The notes below the pieces were generated by a model. It was not told the DNA's origin. It was given only the letters and a program-made list of their open reading frames with translations, and ran no database searches. A stretch of 64,000 nt of DNA, from the IMG/VR virus record IMGVR_UViG_3300033121_000711, positions 1 to 64,000 of that record. One strand, given 5' to 3'. Source of the DNA: a virus (Duplodnaviria; Caudoviricetes). This document shows positions 19,277-27,858 of the stretch, one piece after another (positions within the stretch are counted from its first letter, which is position 1; each line of letters starts with the position of its first letter). The position numbers and the translations under genes are program-made.

Positions 19277-19384
19277 TTAGCACATCTTAGAAGACTTTGC
19301 CGGCTTGGCAGCAGTCTTCTTTGCCGGCTTCTTTACAGGAGCTTTACCAGTCTTGACTGGAGCTTTAGCAGGTGTCTTAGCCAT
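19277..19384 (-). CDS. histone H1-like Lys/Ala/Pro-rich peptide (35 aa)
   Basis: GAGG RBS; MAKTPAKAPVKTGKAPVKKPAKKTAAKPAKSSKMC. Confidence 0.75.
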   Translation of the reverse strand: MAKTPAKAPVKTGKAPVKKPAKKTAAKPAKSSKMC

Positions 19385-19402
19385 TTTTTCCTCAGAGTTA
19401 GT

Positions 19403-19435
19403 AAAAGCTAGGATACAACGTGTATCCTAGCTTTT
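19403..19435. terminator. intrinsic terminator hairpin
   Basis: AAAAGCTAGGATACA-acg-TGTATCCTAGCTTTT. Confidence 0.75.
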
Positions 19436-19440
19436 AATAC

Positions 19441-20418
19441 TTACTTGGAGACAGATTCGAGCTGATGCTGAAGATTGGCTGCCTTTTCAGCGGCTTCACG
19501 CTGCTGCTTTTCCAATCGTTCCTTATCTCGCCGCTCCTTGGCTTCCTTAAGACTCTTCTTACGCTCATCTTCCTTGGTTCGAGCAGCATCAATGCTTGCG
19601 GGATCCATATGGAGAGCCCACTTAACGCCAAGATTGAAAGCTTCGATTGGATTCTGAATATTGAGCTGTGACATCAGCACTTGCCCAACACGTCGAGATT
19701 CCATTTCTTCCTTAAGCTCACCAATCTTACGAAGATGAGCAACAGGAACAAACTCCCCTGGAGCCGTCGATCGCCCCTGACGCTTAGCGTCCTTAATCTC
19801 CTTGATACGAGCATTCACCGTAGGAATAAATTCCTGCGGCTTCATCGTGATGCTTCGATCAAGGAAGGCCGGCTGCTCATCGACAGGCAGCTTCGCCATA
19901 GCGTAAGCGTTAGAGAGGTTGACTTTGCCTTCGTCAACCAAACTGGCGATCGACGGCTCCAACTTAACAAGCCCGAGCCGCTCATTGAGCCAAGCCGGCG
20001 ATTTCGACAATCGCGACGCAAGCTCTGCGAGAGGCATCAAGGGCTTCTGAGCCAGGATGCGGACAAGCTGCTTGCTGTATTCAACAGGTCGCGTTTCGAC
20101 CTTATGAACATTGGCAAGAACCTGTGCTTCAAGGATATCGGCATCCTCCATGCTCAACACTTGAGCCGGGATGGTATCCCTGCCTGCATCCTGGGATGCT
20201 GTAAATCGATGAAGACCATCGACAAGCCCGTACACCTTTGCACCAGTGTCGGGATCAATAGTCTCACGCACGACGATAGCATTCAATACGCCATTTCGAC
20301 GGATCGAATCCACCAGTCCCGTATACGCTTCCGATGTACGGTTGACCGTACGAAGGGCAACCGGATTCTCTCGAATATTAACGAGAGGGATGTGAAGTAG
20401 TGTACTCTGACTCATCAA
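19441..20418 (-). CDS. ParB/Srx-like protein with HTH and coiled-coil tail
   Basis: LVDSIRRNGVLNAIVV, LVDGLHRF.A, LAELASRLSKSPAWL. Confidence 0.9.
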   Translation of the reverse strand: MMSQSTLLHIPLVNIRENPVALRTVNRTSEAYTGLVDSIRRNGVLNAIVVRETIDPDTGAKVYGLVDGLHRFTASQDAGRDTIPAQVLSMEDADILEAQVLANVHKVETRPVEYSKQLVRILAQKPLMPLAELASRLSKSPAWLNERLGLVKLEPSIASLVDEGKVNLSNAYAMAKLPVDEQPAFLDRSITMKPQEFIPTVNARIKEIKDAKRQGRSTAPGEFVPVAHLRKIGELKEEMESRRVGQVLMSQLNIQNPIEAFNLGVKWALHMDPASIDAARTKEDERKKSLKEAKERRDKERLEKQQREAAEKAANLQHQLESVSK

Positions 20419-20560
20419 GACCTCAAAGGGGTGAATTGATTGCCCAATCGATCAAATAGATTGCACAATCCATACATAAAAATCACAAGTCGAAAATAAA
20501 AATCAAATCCAAACTGAACCGACCTTCACTTTCGACGAAACGGAACGCCACCATATACAG

Positions 20561-20587
20561 ATACTGCCATTTTCCATTTTTTTCTAC
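20561..20587 (-). promoter_or_regulatory. phage-specific promoter motif copy 3 (GTAGA-N17-AGTAT)
   Basis: Leftward member of a divergent pair. Confidence 0.7.
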
Positions 20588-20598
20588 AGTTAACCGAA

Positions 20599-20688
20599 CT
20601 ACCGTTTCAAGGTCGAATACCTTTTATATAAGGTCTACCCCTTTAACCCTTAACCTTATGTGTAAATAATATGACCTTGAAACGGTAG
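20599..20688. repeat. perfect 16-bp inverted repeat between divergent promoters
   Basis: CTACCGTTTCAAGGTC (20599-20614) / GACCTTGAAACGGTAG (20673-20688). Confidence 0.85.
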
Positions 20689-20701
20689 AAAGAGTAATTT
20701 T

Positions 20702-20728
20702 GTAGAAAAAAAATGAAAATGGCAGTAA
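20702..20728 (+). promoter_or_regulatory. phage-specific promoter motif copy 4 (GTAGA-N17-AGTAA)
   Basis: Rightward member, upstream of the primase. Confidence 0.7.
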
Positions 20729-20827
20729 GTAATAGTGGGACTAGAAGTCTCGTTTTACTAAAATCAAATCAGCCATCAGCGTGGATTTGATTTTGAATAT
20801 TGGATTTTCCAACCTATCGGAGATTGT

Positions 20828-23533
20828 ATGTCGCAAGTTATGAAGACACAAGCCATTAAAGCGTTTCTTAACAATTTTGCACCAGTTGATTTAGCAAGCC
20901 TGTACAACGAAAATATGGAAGTGCAGGTTACAGTAGCTAAAGATCAAGGTGAACGTATCGAAGGTGATTTTAAGGGAAAAATGTGGCACGGATATACTGA
21001 TGGTATGCAGGTGTGGAAGCCTATCCGTATCCCACGTAACGCTAATACTGAGCCCGAGTTTGAAGATACGCCTATGTCATACGATCTATCCGCACATGCG
21101 GAAGGCGTAGGCATGACAGGTTGGGATTGGAAGAACAAAATAAGTCGATGGGTGGCTTTTGACTTTGATGCAATTGTTGGCCACTCTGAAAAACATTCAA
21201 AGAAACTTACTCCGGAAGAGTTACAAGCCATACAAGTTTCTTTGGCTAATATTCCAACAGTTACGATTCGTCGATCAACTGGTGGTAAAGGATTGCATCT
21301 TTACGTTTTTCTTGAACCTATACGGACAAACAATCATAACGAACATGCTGCCGTAGCTCGTGCAATCTTAAGTCAACTTTCAGGTATTGCTGGTTTTGAT
21401 TTTTCATCTAAAGTTGATATTTGTGGCGGTAATATGTGGGTCTGGCATCGAAAGATGAAAGACAATAATGGTCTAACCATTATCAAACAAGCCACGCAAA
21501 CAGCTACAGTACCATCAAATTGGGCAGACTATACAAAAGTAGTATCAGGGCGTAGGCAGAAGAATTTACCACGCTTCATTGAAAGCCAATCTCAAGTTCA
21601 TCAAGATATTGAATCTGTCTTTGAAGAATTGACAGGTCAACGTCTGCGGGTGCAACCAGATGCAGAACACCGTAAAGTGATGGATTGGTTGTTCACAAAC
21701 TATTCATCTTGCTCTTGGTGGGATGCCGAACACCATATGCTTGTGACGCATACACATGCATTGAAAGAATGTCACGTTGAACTTGGATTGCGTGGTAAGT
21801 TTGAGACTAATGCTACTGGTACTGAGAAAGGTTACGATCATAATGCGTTTGCTTTTCCAATCGCCAAAGGTGCTTGGGCTGTCCGTCGTTACACACTTGG
21901 CGTTGCCGAACATCCATTCTGGGAGCAAGACGGGGCGGGATGGACTCGTTGCTTATACAATCGCGAACCCGATCTGGGTGGGGCCTCACGTATATATGAA
22001 GGTATCGAGCGATCTGAAGGTGGATTCTGGTTCGCTACGGCAGACGCGGCACAAAGTGCAGCACTCCTCTTAGGTGCCGATCTTTCGCTACCGGCGTGGG
22101 TGCTAGGTAAGCCAGCTATTCTTAAGCTTCACAAGTCTGGTAGATTGATTGTGGAGATTGAAAAAGATTCAAATAGTCCACAACTTCCAGGTTGGCTTGT
22201 TAAAGGCAAAAAGTTTGAACGTATTTTTAATATTCGTACGATGGGGCCAGATGAGTCTGAAAGCTTCAAGCTAGATGAACGTCTACGGCATCTTGTCGGC
22301 GAAGATGGTCTCGACGCTGGTTGGGTAATCAAGTCTGAAGGTGATTGGCATGGTGAACCGTTTCAACACGTTAAAGTGTATTTGCAAGGAGCGGGCTATC
22401 AACCAAAAGACGTAGCTATCATTTTAGGTAGTAACATTGAGCAGTGTTGGCGGCTTGTTAATCGTCCTTTCAAGGATGAATATCCGCAAAATAGGCAATG
22501 GAATCGTAATGCAGCACAGTTGAGATTTAAGCCATCGCTTAATCGCGATCAGTTAAATTATCCTAACTGGATGAAGATTCTTCAGCATTGCGGTCAAGGT
22601 CTAAATGAGGCTGTAAGGAATCACGCGTGGTGCAAATCAAACGGTATTCTTACAGGTGCGGATTGGCTCAAATGTTGGATCGCTAGTATTTTTCAAGAAC
22701 CAACAGAACCACTACCTTACATCTTTTTCTATGGACCACAAGATAGTGGTAAGAGCATATTCCACGAAGCCGTATCCTTGCTTATGACTCGTGGCGTTGT
22801 TCGTGCAGATACGGCTCTTACAAGCCAGTCCGGTTTCAACGGTGAACTAGAAAATTCTGTTATCGCAGTTGTTGAGGAGACAAATTTACAAAAGAATCAA
22901 GTTGCATATAATCGTATTAAAGATTGGGTAACTGGTCGTCAATTGCCTATCCATAAGAAATTAAGGCAACCTTACTCAATTCAAAATACAACTCATTGGG
23001 TGCAATGTGCCAATAGCCATTTGGCTTGTCCAGTCTTTCCTGGTGATACTCGTATTACTATGATCTTGGTTGATTCTTTGGATCCTAAAACTACGATTCC
23101 AAAGAAACAATTTCTACCTATGCTTGAGGCTGAAGGTTCCGATTTTATTGCAGAGCTTTTAAGTCTTGAGCTGCCACCGAGCAATGATCGTTTGAATATT
23201 CCTTGTATTGCAACTGAGGATAAAGCATTAGCTGAACATGCTAACAAAACTCCTCTTGAAATGTTTGTTGAAGAGAAAACTTATTACACTCCTGGATACC
23301 GTGTTAAGTTCAGCGAGTTCTATAGTAAATTTCTTGAATGGCTTGATCCACAACAAATGCATATGTGGACAGCTATTCGAGTTGGACGCGAACTGCCTCC
23401 ACGTTATGCTAAAGGACGAATGAGTAATAATGAAGTTTGGATCGGTAATGTTAGCTTTGAAGAGCAACAACCCACAAACTTACGATATGTCGTAAGGGAA
23501 GGTAAATTGGTGCAAGATGTCTATAAAGTATGA
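20828..23533 (+). CDS. primase-polymerase (AEP) fused to SF3/D5-like helicase
   Basis: DFD, STGGKGLHLY (AEP); GPQDSGKS Walker A, VVEE Walker B, DTR. Confidence 0.9.
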   Translation: MSQVMKTQAIKAFLNNFAPVDLASLYNENMEVQVTVAKDQGERIEGDFKGKMWHGYTDGMQVWKPIRIPRNANTEPEFEDTPMSYDLSAHAEGVGMTGWDWKNKISRWVAFDFDAIVGHSEKHSKKLTPEELQAIQVSLANIPTVTIRRSTGGKGLHLYVFLEPIRTNNHNEHAAVARAILSQLSGIAGFDFSSKVDICGGNMWVWHRKMKDNNGLTIIKQATQTATVPSNWADYTKVVSGRRQKNLPRFIESQSQVHQDIESVFEELTGQRLRVQPDAEHRKVMDWLFTNYSSCSWWDAEHHMLVTHTHALKECHVELGLRGKFETNATGTEKGYDHNAFAFPIAKGAWAVRRYTLGVAEHPFWEQDGAGWTRCLYNREPDLGGASRIYEGIERSEGGFWFATADAAQSAALLLGADLSLPAWVLGKPAILKLHKSGRLIVEIEKDSNSPQLPGWLVKGKKFERIFNIRTMGPDESESFKLDERLRHLVGEDGLDAGWVIKSEGDWHGEPFQHVKVYLQGAGYQPKDVAIILGSNIEQCWRLVNRPFKDEYPQNRQWNRNAAQLRFKPSLNRDQLNYPNWMKILQHCGQGLNEAVRNHAWCKSNGILTGADWLKCWIASIFQEPTEPLPYIFFYGPQDSGKSIFHEAVSLLMTRGVVRADTALTSQSGFNGELENSVIAVVEETNLQKNQVAYNRIKDWVTGRQLPIHKKLRQPYSIQNTTHWVQCANSHLACPVFPGDTRITMILVDSLDPKTTIPKKQFLPMLEAEGSDFIAELLSLELPPSNDRLNIPCIATEDKALAEHANKTPLEMFVEEKTYYTPGYRVKFSEFYSKFLEWLDPQQMHMWTAIRVGRELPPRYAKGRMSNNEVWIGNVSFEEQQPTNLRYVVREGKLVQDVYKV

Positions 23534-23816
23534 AGGTTCGCGTATTAATCGTAATAGTCATTGTCCTTGCGGCTCTGGTCGTAAATTTAAAAATTGTTGT
23601 AAAGACGAAAGATTTGTAACGGTGAATTATGAAGATACTTGCGTTCGGACATCGAAAGTATGTGGGGAAGGACACGGCGGCGAGGTTCGCTCTGACGTAC
23701 CTTCGGAGCATGAACAAAGTCAGGAACGCCCAGAAGAAGGGCTTCGCCGACAAACTGAAAGACGTTTGCTATCAACTTTACGGTTGGGCGGGAATGATGC
23801 CTGGCCACTGGTATGA
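23517..23816 (+). CDS. SEC-C zinc-binding motif protein
   Basis: INRNSHCPCGSGRKFKNCC; the tail overlaps the kinase gene. Confidence 0.7.
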   Translation: MSIKYEGSRINRNSHCPCGSGRKFKNCCKDERFVTVNYEDTCVRTSKVCGEGHGGEVRSDVPSEHEQSQERPEEGLRRQTERRLLSTLRLGGNDAWPLV

Positions 23817-24213
23817 AGAAAATGGTAGACAATCATTAAAAGATGAAATTCTTCCAGCTCTAGGCAAATCTCCTAGAGCTATTTGGATTGCATTCGGTAA
23901 CGAAGTTAAAAATGCAGCTTACGACCATACTTGGCTAGACTTTCTATTAAAGAATACTGATGGCTGCGATTTCTTACTTGTTAGCGATATGCGTTTCCCT
24001 AATGAAGCTGAACGTATTAAACAACTTGGAGGTTATGTCGTTAGAATCGATCGTCCAAATATTGCACCTACTTCTGACGCAGCAGATGATCCTCTATCTG
24101 ATTATACTGGATGGGATTTCGTCATCACTAACACAGATCTTCAGAAGTTTTACACAGATGTTAGTCATGTTGTAGAGGAAGTTTTAACATGCACACCTCG
24201 CTTAGCGATCTAA
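23629..24213 (+). CDS. deoxynucleoside monophosphate kinase
   Basis: GHRKYVGKDT, FADKLK, SDMRFPNE. Confidence 0.9.
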   Translation: MKILAFGHRKYVGKDTAARFALTYLRSMNKVRNAQKKGFADKLKDVCYQLYGWAGMMPGHWYEENGRQSLKDEILPALGKSPRAIWIAFGNEVKNAAYDHTWLDFLLKNTDGCDFLLVSDMRFPNEAERIKQLGGYVVRIDRPNIAPTSDAADDPLSDYTGWDFVITNTDLQKFYTDVSHVVEEVLTCTPRLAI

Positions 24214-24515
24214 ATAAAAACACACCTACTGTTAGGTGGTGGATCGAGTCTAAAATCAAGGAAGATATAACTAGACTGCCGTTACTTAATGAAGTTGAAC
24301 TTTATCCAAAGTTCAATTATTTAGCTACTATTTGCGAAGATCTTGGAATCAACTTCTGGGATATGGTTCAAAGTGTTAGCGGCTATCATGGTATGCGTAT
24401 TTTAATGCATGCCATTTTGATTGTGAAAGGATTTCCAAATGGAGTTAGACAGATGGGTGAAGAAAGAGATAAAAAGCCGTCTATACCAAGTGATTCAATT
24501 CCAGGCGTACTTTGA
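24189..24515 (+). CDS. hypothetical protein (paralog of next gene)
   Basis: RWWIESKIK...ICEDLGINFWDMV. Confidence 0.5.
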   Translation: MHTSLSDLNKNTPTVRWWIESKIKEDITRLPLLNEVELYPKFNYLATICEDLGINFWDMVQSVSGYHGMRILMHAILIVKGFPNGVRQMGEERDKKPSIPSDSIPGVL

Positions 24516-24705
24516 TTACGAGATGTTTGATACTTGGGTTAATATCTGTATACAGGTAGATATTTCTATCTGGGATATTATTTTAGATCTTGCGGGTGAT
24601 CGTTCGATTGCCCGCTTCCTTAACACTGTAATAGAAAAATATAAAAATGAGCAAAGAATTGTTGGGAATGTTAAACGCTTTAGATTCCCACGAAGAAGTG
24701 CGTGA
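24439..24705 (+). CDS. hypothetical protein
   Basis: RWVKKEIK...ICIQVDISIWDII. Confidence 0.5.
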   Translation: MELDRWVKKEIKSRLYQVIQFQAYFDYEMFDTWVNICIQVDISIWDIILDLAGDRSIARFLNTVIEKYKNEQRIVGNVKRFRFPRRSA

Positions 24706-25528
24706 ACAATACACGCGAGCACCTTTTGGGTATCCAGGAGCTAAAAGCCGAAGCTTAGAAAATATTTTACCACATCTACCGTATCGTTCAGGTTACGGTG
24801 AACCGTTTGGTGGTAGCGGTGCTGTTCTTTTAGCCAGGAACGCATCGTCTTTAGAAATTTTCAATGACCGTTATAGCGGTGTAACTTGTTTTTATCGCTG
24901 TATACGTGATATTAGTAAGATGAACGCTTTATTAGATAGGCTTAATCTTTGCCTACATTCACGAGAAGAATTTATATGGTCTCGCGATACTTGGAAAAAT
25001 TGCGAAGACGAAGTTGAACGTGCTGCTAGATGGTATTATATGGTGGCATGCTCTTTTGGTTCTCAAGGTCGTAATTTTGGAAGATGTATTAAAGGCAAAG
25101 CTCAAATTGGTCCTAAGATTAAAAATAATCTTAAATTTTTTGTTGATTGCCATAAAAGGCTTCTTAACTGTCAGATTGAAAATCAAGATTGGAGAACGTG
25201 TCTTAAAGATTACGATAACTCTGATTTTGTTTGGTATTTAGATCCCCCGTATTATGAGTACGCTAAGGGGATGTATGAATGTGAAATGTCTAAAGAAGAT
25301 CACGTAGAGCTTATTGAACGCATTTTCACGTTAAATGGTTTTGTTGCCTTATCTGGTTACGATAATGAACTTTATGAAAAATATCCTTGGGATTATAAAT
25401 ATAGCTGGATGATACAAGCTACAGCCCTCTCTCAAGGATTCACTGAATCTAATAATTTAGCCGGTAAAGAAGAAACTATGAAACGCGGGATGGCTAAAGA
25501 AGTTTTATGGATTAAGGAAGCTAAGTAA
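24647..25528 (+). CDS. DNA adenine methyltransferase (D12/Dam family)
   Basis: YPGAKS, EPFGGSGAV, YLDPPY. Confidence 0.93.
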   Translation: MSKELLGMLNALDSHEEVREQYTRAPFGYPGAKSRSLENILPHLPYRSGYGEPFGGSGAVLLARNASSLEIFNDRYSGVTCFYRCIRDISKMNALLDRLNLCLHSREEFIWSRDTWKNCEDEVERAARWYYMVACSFGSQGRNFGRCIKGKAQIGPKIKNNLKFFVDCHKRLLNCQIENQDWRTCLKDYDNSDFVWYLDPPYYEYAKGMYECEMSKEDHVELIERIFTLNGFVALSGYDNELYEKYPWDYKYSWMIQATALSQGFTESNNLAGKEETMKRGMAKEVLWIKEAK

Positions 25529-26166
25529 TGTCGGACGTCAATCTTAAAACATCAAGACGTAATGGGATGATGCATCTCAACAACAACTTAATGTGTGTTG
25601 TTGATTGTGAAACAACTGGAAATAGACCGGGCGTTAATGACATATATCAAATTTGTATTTTACCTTTAGATAAAGATCTAAAGCCTTATAAAACGATTAT
25701 TCCTTTTTATTGCAATATGAAGCTTAAAAGGCCCGATGATATAGATCCTAAAGTCTATCGAAGACAGCGTGAAGCTATTTGTCGGGCAAATACTGAAGGC
25801 TTAGATCCTGACAGGGCGGCAGACTTATTTGATGAATGGTTCGCAAAATTAGAGCTACCGTTTAATAAGCAAATCGTTCCACTTGCTCAGAATTGGCCAT
25901 TTGATCGTGGTTTTATTATTGACTGGTTAGGTCATGAATCTTTTGAACAATATTTTAGTCCTCTGTATCGCGATACAATGACAGCATCGTTATTTATGAA
26001 CGATCATGCTGATTTCCATAATGAAAGAGTACCTTTCCAGAAGAACTCGCTACGTTGGATGACTACACAATTAGGTATTATTCATGATAATGCTTATGAA
26101 GCACTTTCTGATTGTTTAGCCACTGCCGAGTTGTATAGACTACTCTGTAAAGGTTTCATTAAATAA
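25528..26166 (+). CDS. DEDD 3'-5' exonuclease (DnaQ-like)
   Basis: VDCETTG, AQNWPFD, AYEALSD (Tyr where HxAxxD is usual). Confidence 0.88.
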   Translation: MSDVNLKTSRRNGMMHLNNNLMCVVDCETTGNRPGVNDIYQICILPLDKDLKPYKTIIPFYCNMKLKRPDDIDPKVYRRQREAICRANTEGLDPDRAADLFDEWFAKLELPFNKQIVPLAQNWPFDRGFIIDWLGHESFEQYFSPLYRDTMTASLFMNDHADFHNERVPFQKNSLRWMTTQLGIIHDNAYEALSDCLATAELYRLLCKGFIK

Positions 26167-26167
26167 T

Positions 26168-26205
26168 AAAAGCCACCAACAGATTAATTTCTGTTGGTGG
26201 CTTTT
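26168..26205. terminator. bidirectional terminator between convergent operons
   Basis: AAAAGCCACCAACAGA...TCTGTTGGTGGCTTTT. Confidence 0.88.
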
Positions 26206-26207
26206 TT

Positions 26208-27080
26208 TCATGTAATACCAAAGAAGCTTAAAAGCTCAGCGACTTGATCCCCGTCTTTATGCATGATAACTACATCGCCATGTAACATACCAGTTAGAGC
26301 GGCATTTACTTTATCTATTGTAGCTTGAGTATTGCCAACTACAACTGTTTCTTGAGGTTCACCAGAAATAAAGTTGATACCACCTTCAGGTTGAAAGCAC
26401 GTTATCATCTTTCTCTGGATCGTCAAATCTACTGGTTCATTATCGTCATCTGTTAATAACACATATCTTATTCGATTAAATCTTAATACCTGCGGATCTA
26501 CCAATTCTTTATCTGTATCATATGTTTCATTAATTTCAACGTCTGAATCTCCGGCCCAATAAGTTTCTTCGTAGCTTAAAGCTTCAGTGCCTCCGAAACT
26601 ACCACCACTATAAGTCGAACAATCAGTATCTGAGCCTGGAGGTACTGTTATTGTTATAGTTTCGCTTATTGGTGTAATGTCTAAGTATACGAGAAACTCA
26701 TCTCTATCTACAAAAACTATAAGATCGCCGCTATCATATTTTGTAGGATCTTTAAGATCCCCATCACCACCTACAGGCATACCCACGCCTAAAGGTCTAG
26801 TTCTTAATTCTTCTATAGAGTAAGGAAATCCAGGTGAACCTGTTGATACAATAACGCCTTTACGTTTTAATTTTATAAGTATGTCTTCACCTAAAGCTTC
26901 AAACTGTTCTGCACTTATACCAACACAAGCTTTAGGGTATCTGATTATCCAATTCGTTCCTCCACCTCCTGAATATTCTGCTGAAGTTCCAGAAGTTATT
27001 TTTCGACCTGTCCAAACTTTAGGATTGCCATCAGCGTCGTATTCTGGGATTTCACAAGCTTCAAATTGTTCGATACCCAT
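26208..27080 (-). CDS. hypothetical acidic protein, last gene of the late operon
   Basis: Long ORF abutting the upstream gene. Confidence 0.65.
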   Translation of the reverse strand: MGIEQFEACEIPEYDADGNPKVWTGRKITSGTSAEYSGGGGTNWIIRYPKACVGISAEQFEALGEDILIKLKRKGVIVSTGSPGFPYSIEELRTRPLGVGMPVGGDGDLKDPTKYDSGDLIVFVDRDEFLVYLDITPISETITITVPPGSDTDCSTYSGGSFGGTEALSYEETYWAGDSDVEINETYDTDKELVDPQVLRFNRIRYVLLTDDDNEPVDLTIQRKMITCFQPEGGINFISGEPQETVVVGNTQATIDKVNAALTGMLHGDVVIMHKDGDQVAELLSFFGIT

Positions 27081-27623
27081 TTACAGCTCCAATAATATTG
27101 GCTTATCTAAACAGTCATAATCCCACAAGTCGCCTGGAAACATTAACGCTGATTCTTTTAACGCTAAACATTTTCCAAAATTTAAAGCTTCAGAAACAAA
27201 TTCTGCACAATGAAAACCTGTTCCAACTTTTGTCGGATAGCCTAACAATTTTCTAGTACGCCTGAACGTTGGTGAAATGAAACTTAAAAACTGAGCCCAA
27301 GAGGCATATTTTCTACCCCATTGAGATATAGCCCAGCCTAAGATTTCGTTAGGTTCTTCAGACTTTAATTTTTGCCAGTATACTTTACTTGAGCTTTTCA
27401 AAGCTAGTTTTAAAGGTATAATTCTTGTACCGATTGGTTCCATACTTTCTAGAACACATAATCGATCTTCTGTCTCTGTGCCAAATCTAAGCCATAGAGC
27501 TAGTCCTACATGACTCACTTCTTGCTTTGTCCAATATCTAATCAGTTTCGATACCAACCAATCTCCGGCAAAAGTCAGAACATCTCCGTTTTTGATTTCA
27601 CTTTCAGCCTGACTGTATTTCAT
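27081..27623 (-). CDS. permuted papain-like amidase (YiiX/YaeF, NlpC/P60 superfamily)
   Basis: GDVL, SHVG, C-terminal CAEFV; probable start MKYSQ. Confidence 0.75.
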   Translation of the reverse strand: MKYSQAESEIKNGDVLTFAGDWLVSKLIRYWTKQEVSHVGLALWLRFGTETEDRLCVLESMEPIGTRIIPLKLALKSSSKVYWQKLKSEEPNEILGWAISQWGRKYASWAQFLSFISPTFRRTRKLLGYPTKVGTGFHCAEFVSEALNFGKCLALKESALMFPGDLWDYDCLDKPILLEL

Positions 27624-27858
27624 TTTTGCCCTCTTTAGTGCATGTAAAACATATAGCTCTATCAACAAACTTTTCGTAATGGTCACACCAGTCAGGTCCA
27701 CCAGATCCATTACAACCGCCACAATCAGATTGTTTAGTTCTATGTCTACATTGCACTAAAGGAAGACGAAATACAAAAGGATCTCCAGGCTCTCTTATAT
27801 ATGGCGGTTGATCTGGTGGAGGGTTTCCTCTTTTCGGAAAAATTAAAATATTTTTCAT
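27604..27858 (-). CDS. small Cys-rich protein
   Basis: C...CGGC...C...CFTC; ATGA overlap with the upstream gene. Confidence 0.55.
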   Translation of the reverse strand: MKNILIFPKRGNPPPDQPPYIREPGDPFVFRLPLVQCRHRTKQSDCGGCNGSGGPDWCDHYEKFVDRAICFTCTKEGKNEIQSG

